A stretch of 34,860 nucleotides of DNA from Nitrospirota bacterium. GTDB lineage: Bacteria > Nitrospirota > Thermodesulfovibrionia > Thermodesulfovibrionales > Magnetobacteriaceae. The position numbers and the translations under genes are program-made. The stretch lies in contig JADFXZ010000001.1 in assembly GCA_015233265.1 (NCBI GenBank), positions 5,195 through 40,054 of the forward strand, read 5' to 3'. The notes beneath the pieces were generated by a model. It did no database searches and had not been told where the DNA came from. It worked only from the letters and a program-made list of their open reading frames with translations. Of the stretch, positions 27,307-34,860 are shown in pieces. Numbering within the stretch: the first letter of the stretch is position 1; each line of letters begins with the position of its first letter.

Positions 27307-27542
27307 GGTCTGGAATCGCCACTGGTAACACAATCATAGCGTCACAACGATGCAAAAAGCAGGAAAAATATTCCTATAGTAGGATATTTTTTCCGCATAG
27401 CAACATGTGACCGGCGAGCATTTGCTACTGAAGGGACAAGAGGACATTATTGGCATAGGCCGTGCCCGCGACTGGGTAGCATTGATTACAGAAAGTTGTG
27501 CAGACTCCTATGCTGTGGTTGCAGAGCTGTGTACCCTGAAAA

Positions 27543-28118
27543 TCAGACAAAAGAAGTCTGTTTGTCTAATATTGCTGTCGATATTGTGCGTACTAAATTT
27601 GAGGAATCAAATACAGCTTCAATATAGTCTGTTGGTTCTTTATAATCGTGGTATTTCCATTTATCGATTCTCCTTATTTCGGTAATTCTTAATTTATTTT
27701 GTATAATTGTGCTTAAATTGTTTAAAACTCTTGCATGAAGAGATAATTTATGGATTCCCCTCATTTTTAATTCATGGATGAGATGTTCTAACATTTGAGA
27801 AAATCCCTTTCTCCCTCTGAAATCAGGAAGGATCGCGACAGTCTCGATATAGTAGCTCATGCTGTCTTCTTTCATTTCAGTGTCATCCTCTTTTAACTCC
27901 TCAAGTACATCGTTATGAGGAATTGCCAGCAGATGACCAATTCTCAGCTCGTCTTCATTAAGTAAAATATTGATGCTATTTTTATCTCTAAGTTTCATCC
28001 TATAATATACTTCATCATCAATATATACCCATTCAGGCGAAAAAGCATTGCGATGGATAAACAAGATATCCCTAAGTATTTCTTTATTAAACTCATTTAC
28101 AACTTCTACCGTTTGCAA
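27543..28118 (-). CDS. GNAT-family N-acetyltransferase
   Basis: YIETVAILPDFRGRKG acetyl-CoA motif; SD GAGGGGG before the TTG start; AT-rich. Confidence 0.82.
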   Translation of the reverse strand: MQTVEVVNEFNKEILRDILFIHRNAFSPEWVYIDDEVYYRMKLRDKNSINILLNEDELRIGHLLAIPHNDVLEELKEDDTEMKEDSMSYYIETVAILPDFRGRKGFSQMLEHLIHELKMRGIHKLSLHARVLNNLSTIIQNKLRITEIRRIDKWKYHDYKEPTDYIEAVFDSSNLVRTISTAILDKQTSFV

Positions 28119-28129
28119 AAATGCCCCCT

Positions 28130-28441
28130 CTATGTTTCATGCTCTGCTTCATTATATATTGCAGAGAATTTCTCCGTACCTTCTGTCATATCGTCTGTCA
28201 TATCGTCAATAAGATGATGAATACCATCGACAATAATACCTAATAAGGTGGAAAAAGCATAGGCAATTATCGAAAGCACAACAATACTGCCTGAGTCTTT
28301 TGACAAAATCTTTTCTAAAGCAGCGAATACATCTACTTTAAAAAACCATTGAAGAGCCAACAAACATTCGATTAACAGTAAAAACCCTGGAAAGGTATGC
28401 GATATCAGGTAGTTATACATACTTTTCAAATCTAATTTCAT
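28130..28441 (-). CDS. Small membrane protein (2 TM), possibly truncated
   Basis: SD GAGGGG; two hydrophobic segments followed by a short acidic tail; AT-rich. Confidence 0.55.
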   Translation of the reverse strand: MKLDLKSMYNYLISHTFPGFLLLIECLLALQWFFKVDVFAALEKILSKDSGSIVVLSIIAYAFSTLLGIIVDGIHHLIDDMTDDMTEGTEKFSAIYNEAEHET

Positions 28442-28564
28442 AAGCCCCTCACAATAATGCCGTTCATTGACATTATTAATAATGATCGCATATTCAAGGG
28501 AAATCTGTCAACGCAATAATGAGGACGTCTCGCATTATAATCTCTTGTAAGCCTTTAGTTACGG

Positions 28565-29734
28565 CTACATGTATCTCCCACACGCACAGCCGCTTGCCCA
28601 GGCCCAGTGAAGGTTATAGCCACCTAACTGGCCGGTTACGTCTATCACCTCGCCCGTGAAATACAGGCCTTTTACCTTTTTTGCCTCCATTGTCTTTGAC
28701 GACAACTCCGCCGTGTCTACCCCGCCGGTTACTGCCTCAGCGCGCTTGTGGCCTTCGGTCTTTGCCGGGCATAGTCTCCAATTCTGAAGCTGGTCGGCTA
28801 TTTCTTTTAACTGTCTGTCATTAATCTGGTTTATTGGTTTGATAAAGGAGTGAATCTCACACCATCTGCGGGCGAAGTTCTTTGGAAACTCCAGTATATT
28901 GTGAAGCTCTGCCTTGAGGGAGCGTCTGCTCAGCAGATACTCATAGGCATCCGCATCGGGAAAAAGATTTATCGAGATAGCATCCCCCTGCCGCCAGTAC
29001 GAGGAGACCTGAAGGATGGGCGGGCCGCTTAGACCCCTTTGCGTAAATAGCACGCCGCCGCGAAATGTCTTTTTGTTGCAGCTGACCTCAGCCTCAATTG
29101 AGATGCCTGCAAGACCACCAAAATTGCCTGCGTCTTGCGCATTAAACGCAAAGGGCACAAGGGCAGGATGCGTGGGGATGACATTGAGGCCAAACTGCCC
29201 CGCAATTCTATACCCAAACGGGGTTGCCCCAAGCTGTGGATATGATATGCCGCCCGTTGCCAGTACCAGCGACGCACAGTGGAATATGCCGTTATTGGTG
29301 ACTACAACAAACACATCGCCGCGCTTTGAGATGTCGTGAATCTTTGTAGTGTATATAATCTCTACGTGAGTCTCTTCACACAGTCTGCGCAGCATAGCAA
29401 TTATCTCCCCTGATGTCCCCTTGCAAAACAGCTGGCCGTGTTCCTTCTCAAAATACCTGATGCCGTCTCTGTCTATCATTTGCAACAAATCATCAGGGGT
29501 GAATCCAGCAAGGGCGGATTTGCAAAAGCGTGGGTTTTGGGATATGTAATTATCTATAGAGACGTTGAGATTTGTGAAGTTGCACCTGCCGCCGCCTGAG
29601 ACCCTTATCTTACTACCTAAGACTGCCGAGCGCTCCAACACTACCACGCGCCTGCCGCGCCTACCTGCGAAAGCCGCGGCAAACAGCCCGGAGGCCCCCG
29701 CCCCTACTACTACAGCGTCTTTAACAATTGTCAT
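28565..29734 (-). CDS. HI0933/YhiN (BaiN-like) NAD(P)/FAD-dependent oxidoreductase
   Basis: GAGASG, SGGGRCNFTN, ATGG.SYP..GA, GLSGP and GQLGGYN...AW.SG. Confidence 0.95.
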   Translation of the reverse strand: MTIVKDAVVVGAGASGLFAAAFAGRRGRRVVVLERSAVLGSKIRVSGGGRCNFTNLNVSIDNYISQNPRFCKSALAGFTPDDLLQMIDRDGIRYFEKEHGQLFCKGTSGEIIAMLRRLCEETHVEIIYTTKIHDISKRGDVFVVVTNNGIFHCASLVLATGGISYPQLGATPFGYRIAGQFGLNVIPTHPALVPFAFNAQDAGNFGGLAGISIEAEVSCNKKTFRGGVLFTQRGLSGPPILQVSSYWRQGDAISINLFPDADAYEYLLSRRSLKAELHNILEFPKNFARRWCEIHSFIKPINQINDRQLKEIADQLQNWRLCPAKTEGHKRAEAVTGGVDTAELSSKTMEAKKVKGLYFTGEVIDVTGQLGGYNLHWAWASGCACGRYM

Positions 29735-29742
29735 AATAAGAG

Positions 29743-30792
29743 TTAATCACAAATCATGTCCATTCTCAGCGGAGTCCCTTTTTCTATATTGACCTTTGCC
29801 CTCTTGCCCAGAATGATATTTAAAAAACGCGGGTGAAGGCCAAAGCCCGGACGTATTGATTTGACATTTGCCTCGGTAAACGGCTCAAGTGCTGCAATTG
29901 CCTCCACTGCAAACAGCGAACGGGCGTGTTGCCTGCTTTTTCCCACCTTCTCTGAGATAGTGTAATCTGCCCTGCCAAGCGCTCTCTCCACATCTCTGAC
30001 AGCCCGCACCATTTCAGCAAACTCAGCGGGGTCAAGCGAAAATTGGGCGTCCGGGCCTCCCATAGCCTTATCCAGTATAAAATGTTTTTCTATAATCGAG
30101 GCCCCAAGCGCTGCTGCCGCCGCAGCCGCCAAGTGCCCCGTCGTATGGTCTGAAAGCCCCGTTACCACGCCAAAGCGCTCTGCCAGATATGGCATTGCCC
30201 GGAGGTTCAGCTCCTCAAACGGCGTGGGATAGACAGAGGCGCACTTCAGTATGGCGATCTCATTGTTGCCGGTTTGTCTGATGGCAGAAATTGCCTCCTC
30301 AATGTCCAGTAATTCGGCAATACCGGTTGATAGAATTATAGGTTTACCCTTTGAGGCCGCATATTGAATCAGAGGGATGTCGGTTATCTCAAACGAGGCA
30401 ATCTTGTACGCCGGGGCCTCCATCGACTCAAGATAGTCCACAGCGGTCTTGTCAAACGGGGAGGAAAAACATATGAGGCCAAGCATGGAAGCCGCCCGCC
30501 TCAGGCGCGGGTACCAGTCCCACGGGGTAGCGGCCTCAGTATAGAGCTGATACAGGGTTTTCCCATCCCAAATAGTGCCCTGATTTATTTGAAAACAATC
30601 ACGCTCAGAGTCCAGCGTTATCGTATCCGGGCGATAGGTCTGAAGTTTGACGGCGTCTGCCCCTGCCTCTTTCATTGCGGTAATCGACTCAAGGGCAATA
30701 GAAAAGTCCTGACCGTGGTTGGCCGAGAGCTCGGCAATTATGAAGACCGGCTCACCCGGTCCAATTTTCCTGTCATTAATCGTTATTGTCAC
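29743..30792 (-). CDS. pseI: Pseudaminic acid synthase (NeuB family)
   Basis: IAELSANH, KLQTY, AYKIASFEITD, GLSDHT, IEKHF, GGPDAQFS and C-terminal SIRPGFGL.P SAF domain. Confidence 0.93.
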   Translation of the reverse strand: MTITINDRKIGPGEPVFIIAELSANHGQDFSIALESITAMKEAGADAVKLQTYRPDTITLDSERDCFQINQGTIWDGKTLYQLYTEAATPWDWYPRLRRAASMLGLICFSSPFDKTAVDYLESMEAPAYKIASFEITDIPLIQYAASKGKPIILSTGIAELLDIEEAISAIRQTGNNEIAILKCASVYPTPFEELNLRAMPYLAERFGVVTGLSDHTTGHLAAAAAAALGASIIEKHFILDKAMGGPDAQFSLDPAEFAEMVRAVRDVERALGRADYTISEKVGKSRQHARSLFAVEAIAALEPFTEANVKSIRPGFGLHPRFLNIILGKRAKVNIEKGTPLRMDMICD

Positions 30793-31463
30793 ACATCATC
30801 TCCGAAGTACTCAGATAAATTGTTGATAATTTTCTGTGCCGAATATAATTTCACCTTGGGCGCGGGTTTATTAATGCCGGGCTCACGCTTAATCTGAACA
30901 CTTTTCATGCCAAGTACATTTGGAGCAAAAAAGTCTTTCGACGAGTCATCACCAATATATACGCAGTCGCTGGCCGGGACGCCAAGCATCTTCAGCGCCA
31001 TCTTAAACGGCACGGGGGAGGGTTTCCAGAATTCCCTGCCAATGGCATCCGTATAGATGATTACATCGAAAAGTCTGGCTATCCCCAGGGCAGAGACCTT
31101 GTGTTTCTGGACAACTGCCATGCCGTCAGTTATCAGACCGGTTTTAACGCCTGAGGCGCGCAGCTGTTCAAGTATTGGAATAACCTCCGGATACACGCTG
31201 ATGGCGGGTTCGTGAGTGCGGTAAATGTATATGAGATAACGAATCGTCTCCTTGTCAAATATATGGAGCCTTTCAAGGAGTATATCAAACACCTTCCCGC
31301 GTCCAAACCCCTTGAGTATTTCAATTGCCTCTTGCAAGACAATATCCTCATCAATGCCGTAATGGCTGCTTATGAAGCCCGCCACAGCCCTAAATCCACT
31401 CTCTACATAGTCCGTTTCACGGTAGAGTGTGTCGTCAAGGTCAAAGAGCGCCGCGGCTGTCAC
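30789..31463 (-). CDS. HAD-superfamily hydrolase
   Basis: FDLDDTLY, LITDG, KP and YIGD...KDF. Confidence 0.92.
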   Translation of the reverse strand: MTAAALFDLDDTLYRETDYVESGFRAVAGFISSHYGIDEDIVLQEAIEILKGFGRGKVFDILLERLHIFDKETIRYLIYIYRTHEPAISVYPEVIPILEQLRASGVKTGLITDGMAVVQKHKVSALGIARLFDVIIYTDAIGREFWKPSPVPFKMALKMLGVPASDCVYIGDDSSKDFFAPNVLGMKSVQIKREPGINKPAPKVKLYSAQKIINNLSEYFGDDV

Positions 31464-32437
31464 TTAATTGCCCTTATCTGTGAGGCGTCAAGGTACATGT
31501 CCTCTGTATATCTGAGCATATGGAGGCCGTCTTTGAATTGCCCAAGCACAGGGGTTAATTTCTCACCGTTTAAGAGTTTAATGACAAAGCGTGGCGTATC
31601 TGCCCCAGCCGCAATCGAAAGCGATGCCCCACCGCCGAAGCGCGGGTTTATCTCTATGAACTTTACCTTGGCACCATCTAAAAAACACTGAATCGTATTA
31701 TGCCCTACCAGCCCGAGCTGCTGCGAAAGCCTTGCCGCCTCGGCAATGAGTTGCGGGTTGTTAAGCGTTTTGCCAATAAATGACTCGCCGCCAAATACCC
31801 CAATGCGTCGGCGCGGGACGGCGGAAATCACCTGTCCGGTGAAATCGATAAATACATCTATGGTATACTCATCAGCCTGAATATACTCCTGAACGATTGC
31901 CTCAGGGTCGGCCTCAAGCAGAAATCTTAGGGCATCTTCACTGTCGAGCCGTGCGACTTTAGCGCTTCCTTTGCCAAATCGCGGCTTTAAAAAGACAGGG
32001 TAATGAATACTATCTGCGCCGCCCCCATCTGCGGCAATGTTATAGCAGTGCGGCGATTCAAATCCATGCGATTGACAATAATTTACGAACAACCTCTTGT
32101 CCTGGCAGATAGCAATCGTCTGAGGCGGGGCAACCATTACAGTTGTTCCAATGGAGCGAAACCTGTCAAGTTGCTCCGCAAATATGGGGAGTTCCTCGTC
32201 CCTTGTTGGGACTATAAGGCGTACCTTATTGGCCTCACAAATGGTGATTAATGTGGCAATAAAATTGGGGTCATCGTCACGGGGGATGAGGAAATGGCCG
32301 TCTGCCGCATAGAGCGCCGCTGACAGCGGGCTTATGTCGGCTGCATATACGTGACCTCCGCCTTCTTTTTTGAGCGCCTCTTTAAAGCATCTGACAAGAG
32401 TCACCTTTCTTGAGGCGCTTGTAATGAGGACATTCAT
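31460..32437 (-). CDS. ATP-grasp protein (carbamoyl-phosphate-synthase-like)
   Basis: LITSASR, PTRDEEL, LKPRFGKGS, VQEYI...EY and IEINPRFGGG. Confidence 0.92.
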   Translation of the reverse strand: MNVLITSASRKVTLVRCFKEALKKEGGGHVYAADISPLSAALYAADGHFLIPRDDDPNFIATLITICEANKVRLIVPTRDEELPIFAEQLDRFRSIGTTVMVAPPQTIAICQDKRLFVNYCQSHGFESPHCYNIAADGGGADSIHYPVFLKPRFGKGSAKVARLDSEDALRFLLEADPEAIVQEYIQADEYTIDVFIDFTGQVISAVPRRRIGVFGGESFIGKTLNNPQLIAEAARLSQQLGLVGHNTIQCFLDGAKVKFIEINPRFGGGASLSIAAGADTPRFVIKLLNGEKLTPVLGQFKDGLHMLRYTEDMYLDASQIRAIK

Positions 32438-33399
32438 GGGGCGGCCTTTAAGACCTCACGTTCGTATTGGATTATCTCCTCTATGCCCTGAGAAAGTGTC
32501 GTTGGGGGGTGCCAATTTGTGAGATTTGTGAGCAGCCCGATGTCTGCCGTACTGTTTTCGTATAGCTCAGTTGAGCCGCGGTCAATTATTTTTACATCGA
32601 TAAGGCAGGAAAGCGCACGCAGGACATCCCCTACGCTATGGCTTTGGCCTGAGCCAAGATTTACCACGCCTGCTGCCCCCTCTGCCAGGGCAAGCCTATA
32701 CAGCCCATGGGCCACGTCGCGGGCATAGATATAGTCAAAACGGTTGTCCTTGTTATAGGCAGTCAATGGTGCGCCGTTTAAGGCTGCCCTTACCCATCGC
32801 GATATTATATCTCTGGAGCCTTTGCCATAGACGCGGTATATCCTGGCATGGACTGCCCTGAGGTCAGGCCTGAGATACTCCATTATAAAATCAAGCTCCT
32901 TCTCGGTGTAATATTTTGATGCCCCTGTGACGTTTCGCGCAGCAACGGGGGAGTCTTCTCTGAGGTAAACGGGGTCTGGCCGCAGAGAGTCAGACATATA
33001 GAGCGCTGGGGAATATATAAGATATGACGAGGCAAATATAAATACGCTAAGCGTCTTAACGCGGCTTGCCGCATCTGCAATTTTGTGGCTTAACAGGGTG
33101 TTGTCTTTCCAGTTGACACCCCAGAACTCAGGCGATTCCTTTGAGCGCTCAAAGGCCGCCGCAAGGTGGAACATGACCTCTGGTTGAAATGCCTCAATCT
33201 CGTCTATAGAGTCTGTGGCAAGGTCTTTGGTGATATGGGTGATGCCAGCGGCATTAATTGCTTTTGGCAGCGGGTTTTTATCTATCGACAAGACAGTCCC
33301 CCCGGCCTCAGAGATAATATTAATGAGTTGCCGTCCTATTACCCCGGCCCCTCCGGTTACAACACATCGTGTGTCTTTAAAATCAGGATTCACATTCAC
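32434..33399 (-). CDS. NAD-dependent epimerase/dehydratase (extended SDR)
   Basis: TGGAGVIG, FHLAA, ASS..IY, RIYRVYG, DYIYARDVA and NLGSG. Confidence 0.9.
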   Translation of the reverse strand: MNVNPDFKDTRCVVTGGAGVIGRQLINIISEAGGTVLSIDKNPLPKAINAAGITHITKDLATDSIDEIEAFQPEVMFHLAAAFERSKESPEFWGVNWKDNTLLSHKIADAASRVKTLSVFIFASSYLIYSPALYMSDSLRPDPVYLREDSPVAARNVTGASKYYTEKELDFIMEYLRPDLRAVHARIYRVYGKGSRDIISRWVRAALNGAPLTAYNKDNRFDYIYARDVAHGLYRLALAEGAAGVVNLGSGQSHSVGDVLRALSCLIDVKIIDRGSTELYENSTADIGLLTNLTNWHPPTTLSQGIEEIIQYEREVLKAAP

Positions 33400-34409
33400 A
33401 TCCCCCTTATTATCTCTACGGCTTCCATAGCCTGTATTACCCTGTGGCTGCCAAATCCGTCGACAAGCCTTTGGGCAAGTGCTGACTGTGTCTTTCTTAG
33501 TTTCACATTTGTCACTAATTTTAACAGATTTCCCCTGATTTCGTCTTCAGTGGCGGTCTTAAACCATCCGGTGTCGATAAATAATCCGAGGCTGTTTAAT
33601 CCCGAAACAAGAAAATCCTCAATTGGGGTAATCCTGCCCACCACACTAGGCACACCCATAAAGGCCAGTTCCCACACTGTAGTCCCCCCGGATGTAATGG
33701 CGGCGTCCTGTGAGGCCATAAGGCTTGCCATATCTGTAACGTTCTGCAGGATTGTCACGGGGCTTGCAGTCTTTACCGCTTTAATCGATTCGATATTCGG
33801 GTTTCCCGCGCCAACTACGACGGTTATCCTGATTGCTTTGAGGTCTTTGATAGCAGTTAAGACCTTTAGAGTGAAATTGTCCCTGTCTGCCCCGCCAAGG
33901 GTTAGAAGTACGTTAGCGCACGCCTCTGTGATAGTTTTTTCGATGCCACGGTGTCTGATAAACTCCCGCCTCAGAAGAATAAACTGCGTCCCTAAGAGGA
34001 GCTTTGTGCCGGGTGCGTGATTGTACGTAAGTCCGTGGGCATGGAGGTTTTGATTCAGGACGATATCGCCGTAGTAGAAGTCCAGGGCTGCCATGTCGTC
34101 GATGATGAGGACTTTAGAGCCTGCGTCCTTCAGGGATTTATGAAAACGGCTGTCAAAGGCCACGCCATCGGCAACTGCCCATGAGGTACTATACGGCTGG
34201 ACAACTGTGTCAGCGGCACACGTGAGAAGCCGGACGTCAAAGCCCTCCTGTGGCGCTAGCAGCCTTTCTATAAGGCCGCGCGATTGACAATAAGTAGTAA
34301 ACGAAACCCGCCAGCCACACTCTCTAAACGCCTGCCCAAGCGCCAGACAGCGCATAAGATGCCCCGTGCCGATTTCAGGATACGCATCTGCCCGAATTAC
34401 AACATCCAT
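33396..34409 (-). CDS. pseG: UDP-2,4-diacetamido-2,4,6-trideoxy-beta-L-altropyranose hydrolase (PseG)
   Basis: RADA..EIGTGHLMRCLAL, IDD, NQN, LLRREF, TLGGAD, SGGTTVWE and VDG.G..R; same operon as pseI. Confidence 0.88.
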   Translation of the reverse strand: MDVVIRADAYPEIGTGHLMRCLALGQAFRECGWRVSFTTYCQSRGLIERLLAPQEGFDVRLLTCAADTVVQPYSTSWAVADGVAFDSRFHKSLKDAGSKVLIIDDMAALDFYYGDIVLNQNLHAHGLTYNHAPGTKLLLGTQFILLRREFIRHRGIEKTITEACANVLLTLGGADRDNFTLKVLTAIKDLKAIRITVVVGAGNPNIESIKAVKTASPVTILQNVTDMASLMASQDAAITSGGTTVWELAFMGVPSVVGRITPIEDFLVSGLNSLGLFIDTGWFKTATEDEIRGNLLKLVTNVKLRKTQSALAQRLVDGFGSHRVIQAMEAVEIIRGM

Positions 34410-34469
34410 AGTCTATATAAGTTATCATGACCGGCTTGATAGTGGCAACGCCAAGTCTTGTAAAACAGG

Positions 34470-34551
34470 GGCAAATTTATTCTCCATCATTAAGTAAGCG
34501 GTAGTTGCATAGTTTGTTGTCATCCTTGTCCCTTTCTGTCATTCCAGCCTG
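34470..34551 (+). repeat. Element A, copy 3 (left end plus half-arm of palindrome B)
   Basis: GGCAAATTTATTCTCCATCATTAAGTAAGCGGTAGTTGCATAGTTT aligns to 22260 onward, followed by GTCATTCCAGCCTG (34538-34551). Confidence 0.85.
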
Positions 34552-34725
34552 CAGACTGTGTCATAATAGATTCCGGAGATTGTTCATGCAAATTAGAATC
34601 ATCCTGAGCCTGTCGAAGGATGCTCCTTTGTATATTATTTCTCCATAAATCGGCAATCCTTCGACAAGCTCAGGATGATTCGACTGGGTGATTTCAGATG
34701 AAGAATCATTTTTACTGTCTAAATA
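34552..34725. mobile_element. MITE M, copy 2 (opposite orientation; interrupted or truncated near 34720-34726)
   Basis: Starts with the TIR CAGACTGTGTCATAATAG and follows the reverse complement of copy 1 up to TTTACTGTCT (34720). Confidence 0.9.
34596..34681. repeat. Palindrome family C, copy 3 (inside MITE M)
   Basis: 26-bp inverted repeat at 34596-34621 and 34656-34681, one mismatch. Confidence 0.95.
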
Positions 34726-34860
34726 GAGTCTGTCCATAAACTCTAACGTCTCAATAAATCAGGGGAAATGGTATAATATCAGAGAAATCAGAAACGAGGG
34801 GTGAGTAAAGTGGACCCCTTTGTCAAGACCACTTTTTAGTGGACTTAAGATATACCCCTC
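34726..34860. mobile_element. Possible end of a further IS-like insertion running out of the window
   Basis: Homology to MITE M breaks at TA|GAGTCTGTCCATAAA, which resembles M's own TIR. Confidence 0.4.

Noticed and set aside
27407-27685. 92-aa + strand ORF
   Set aside because: Overlaps the GNAT gene antisense, has no clear SD and shows no motifs.
30364-31691. + strand ORFs 30364-30897 and 31212-31691, and the other short ORFs overlapping well-supported genes
   Set aside because: They overlap clearly identified genes and show no family motifs.
33166-34020. 284-aa + strand ORF
   Set aside because: Antisense shadow of pseG and the SDR gene, with no recognisable motifs.
17320-34681. CRISPR interpretation of the recurring 22-26 bp sequences
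   Set aside because: They are dispersed inverted pairs, not direct repeats with unique spacers, and no cas genes are present.

Overview
Chromosomal window from a bacterium with an anaerobic C1/folate gene set. The gene content suggests Nitrospirota or a deltaproteobacteria-like lineage, which is an inference only. From left to right it holds: the 3' part of clpB; an AT-rich two-gene module (unknown protein plus PIN nuclease); a PAS-HisKA protein with no ATPase domain and a REC-wHTH regulator; a structured, terminator-bounded intergenic RNA candidate; lexA; fdhD; a serine-hydrolase/NamZ fusion; an HD-GYP protein; a hybrid sensor kinase; cysteine synthase; OsmC; a Zn-ribbon/PilZ protein; an isolated PseG-like plus GNAT pair; a cooC-ygfA-folE-folD-metV operon; a TRL-like lipoprotein; a duplicated-domain protein; two NHLP-leader RiPP precursor genes with very different cores and no adjacent maturase; a 5'-nucleotidase; two low-complexity proteins behind a sigma54-like site; an AT-rich GNAT islet; an HI0933 flavoprotein; and a partial pseudaminic-acid-type cluster. 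The most notable signals are (i) the orphan NHLP precursor pair, bracketed by outward-facing ends of a small repeat element, (ii) a nested system of non-coding repeats in which one MITE has inserted twice, in opposite orientations, at the same base of a dRS3-like palindrome, and (iii) a candidate sRNA with CU-rich anti-SD-like segments upstream of an apparently leaderless lexA. No rRNA, tRNA or CRISPR array was seen.
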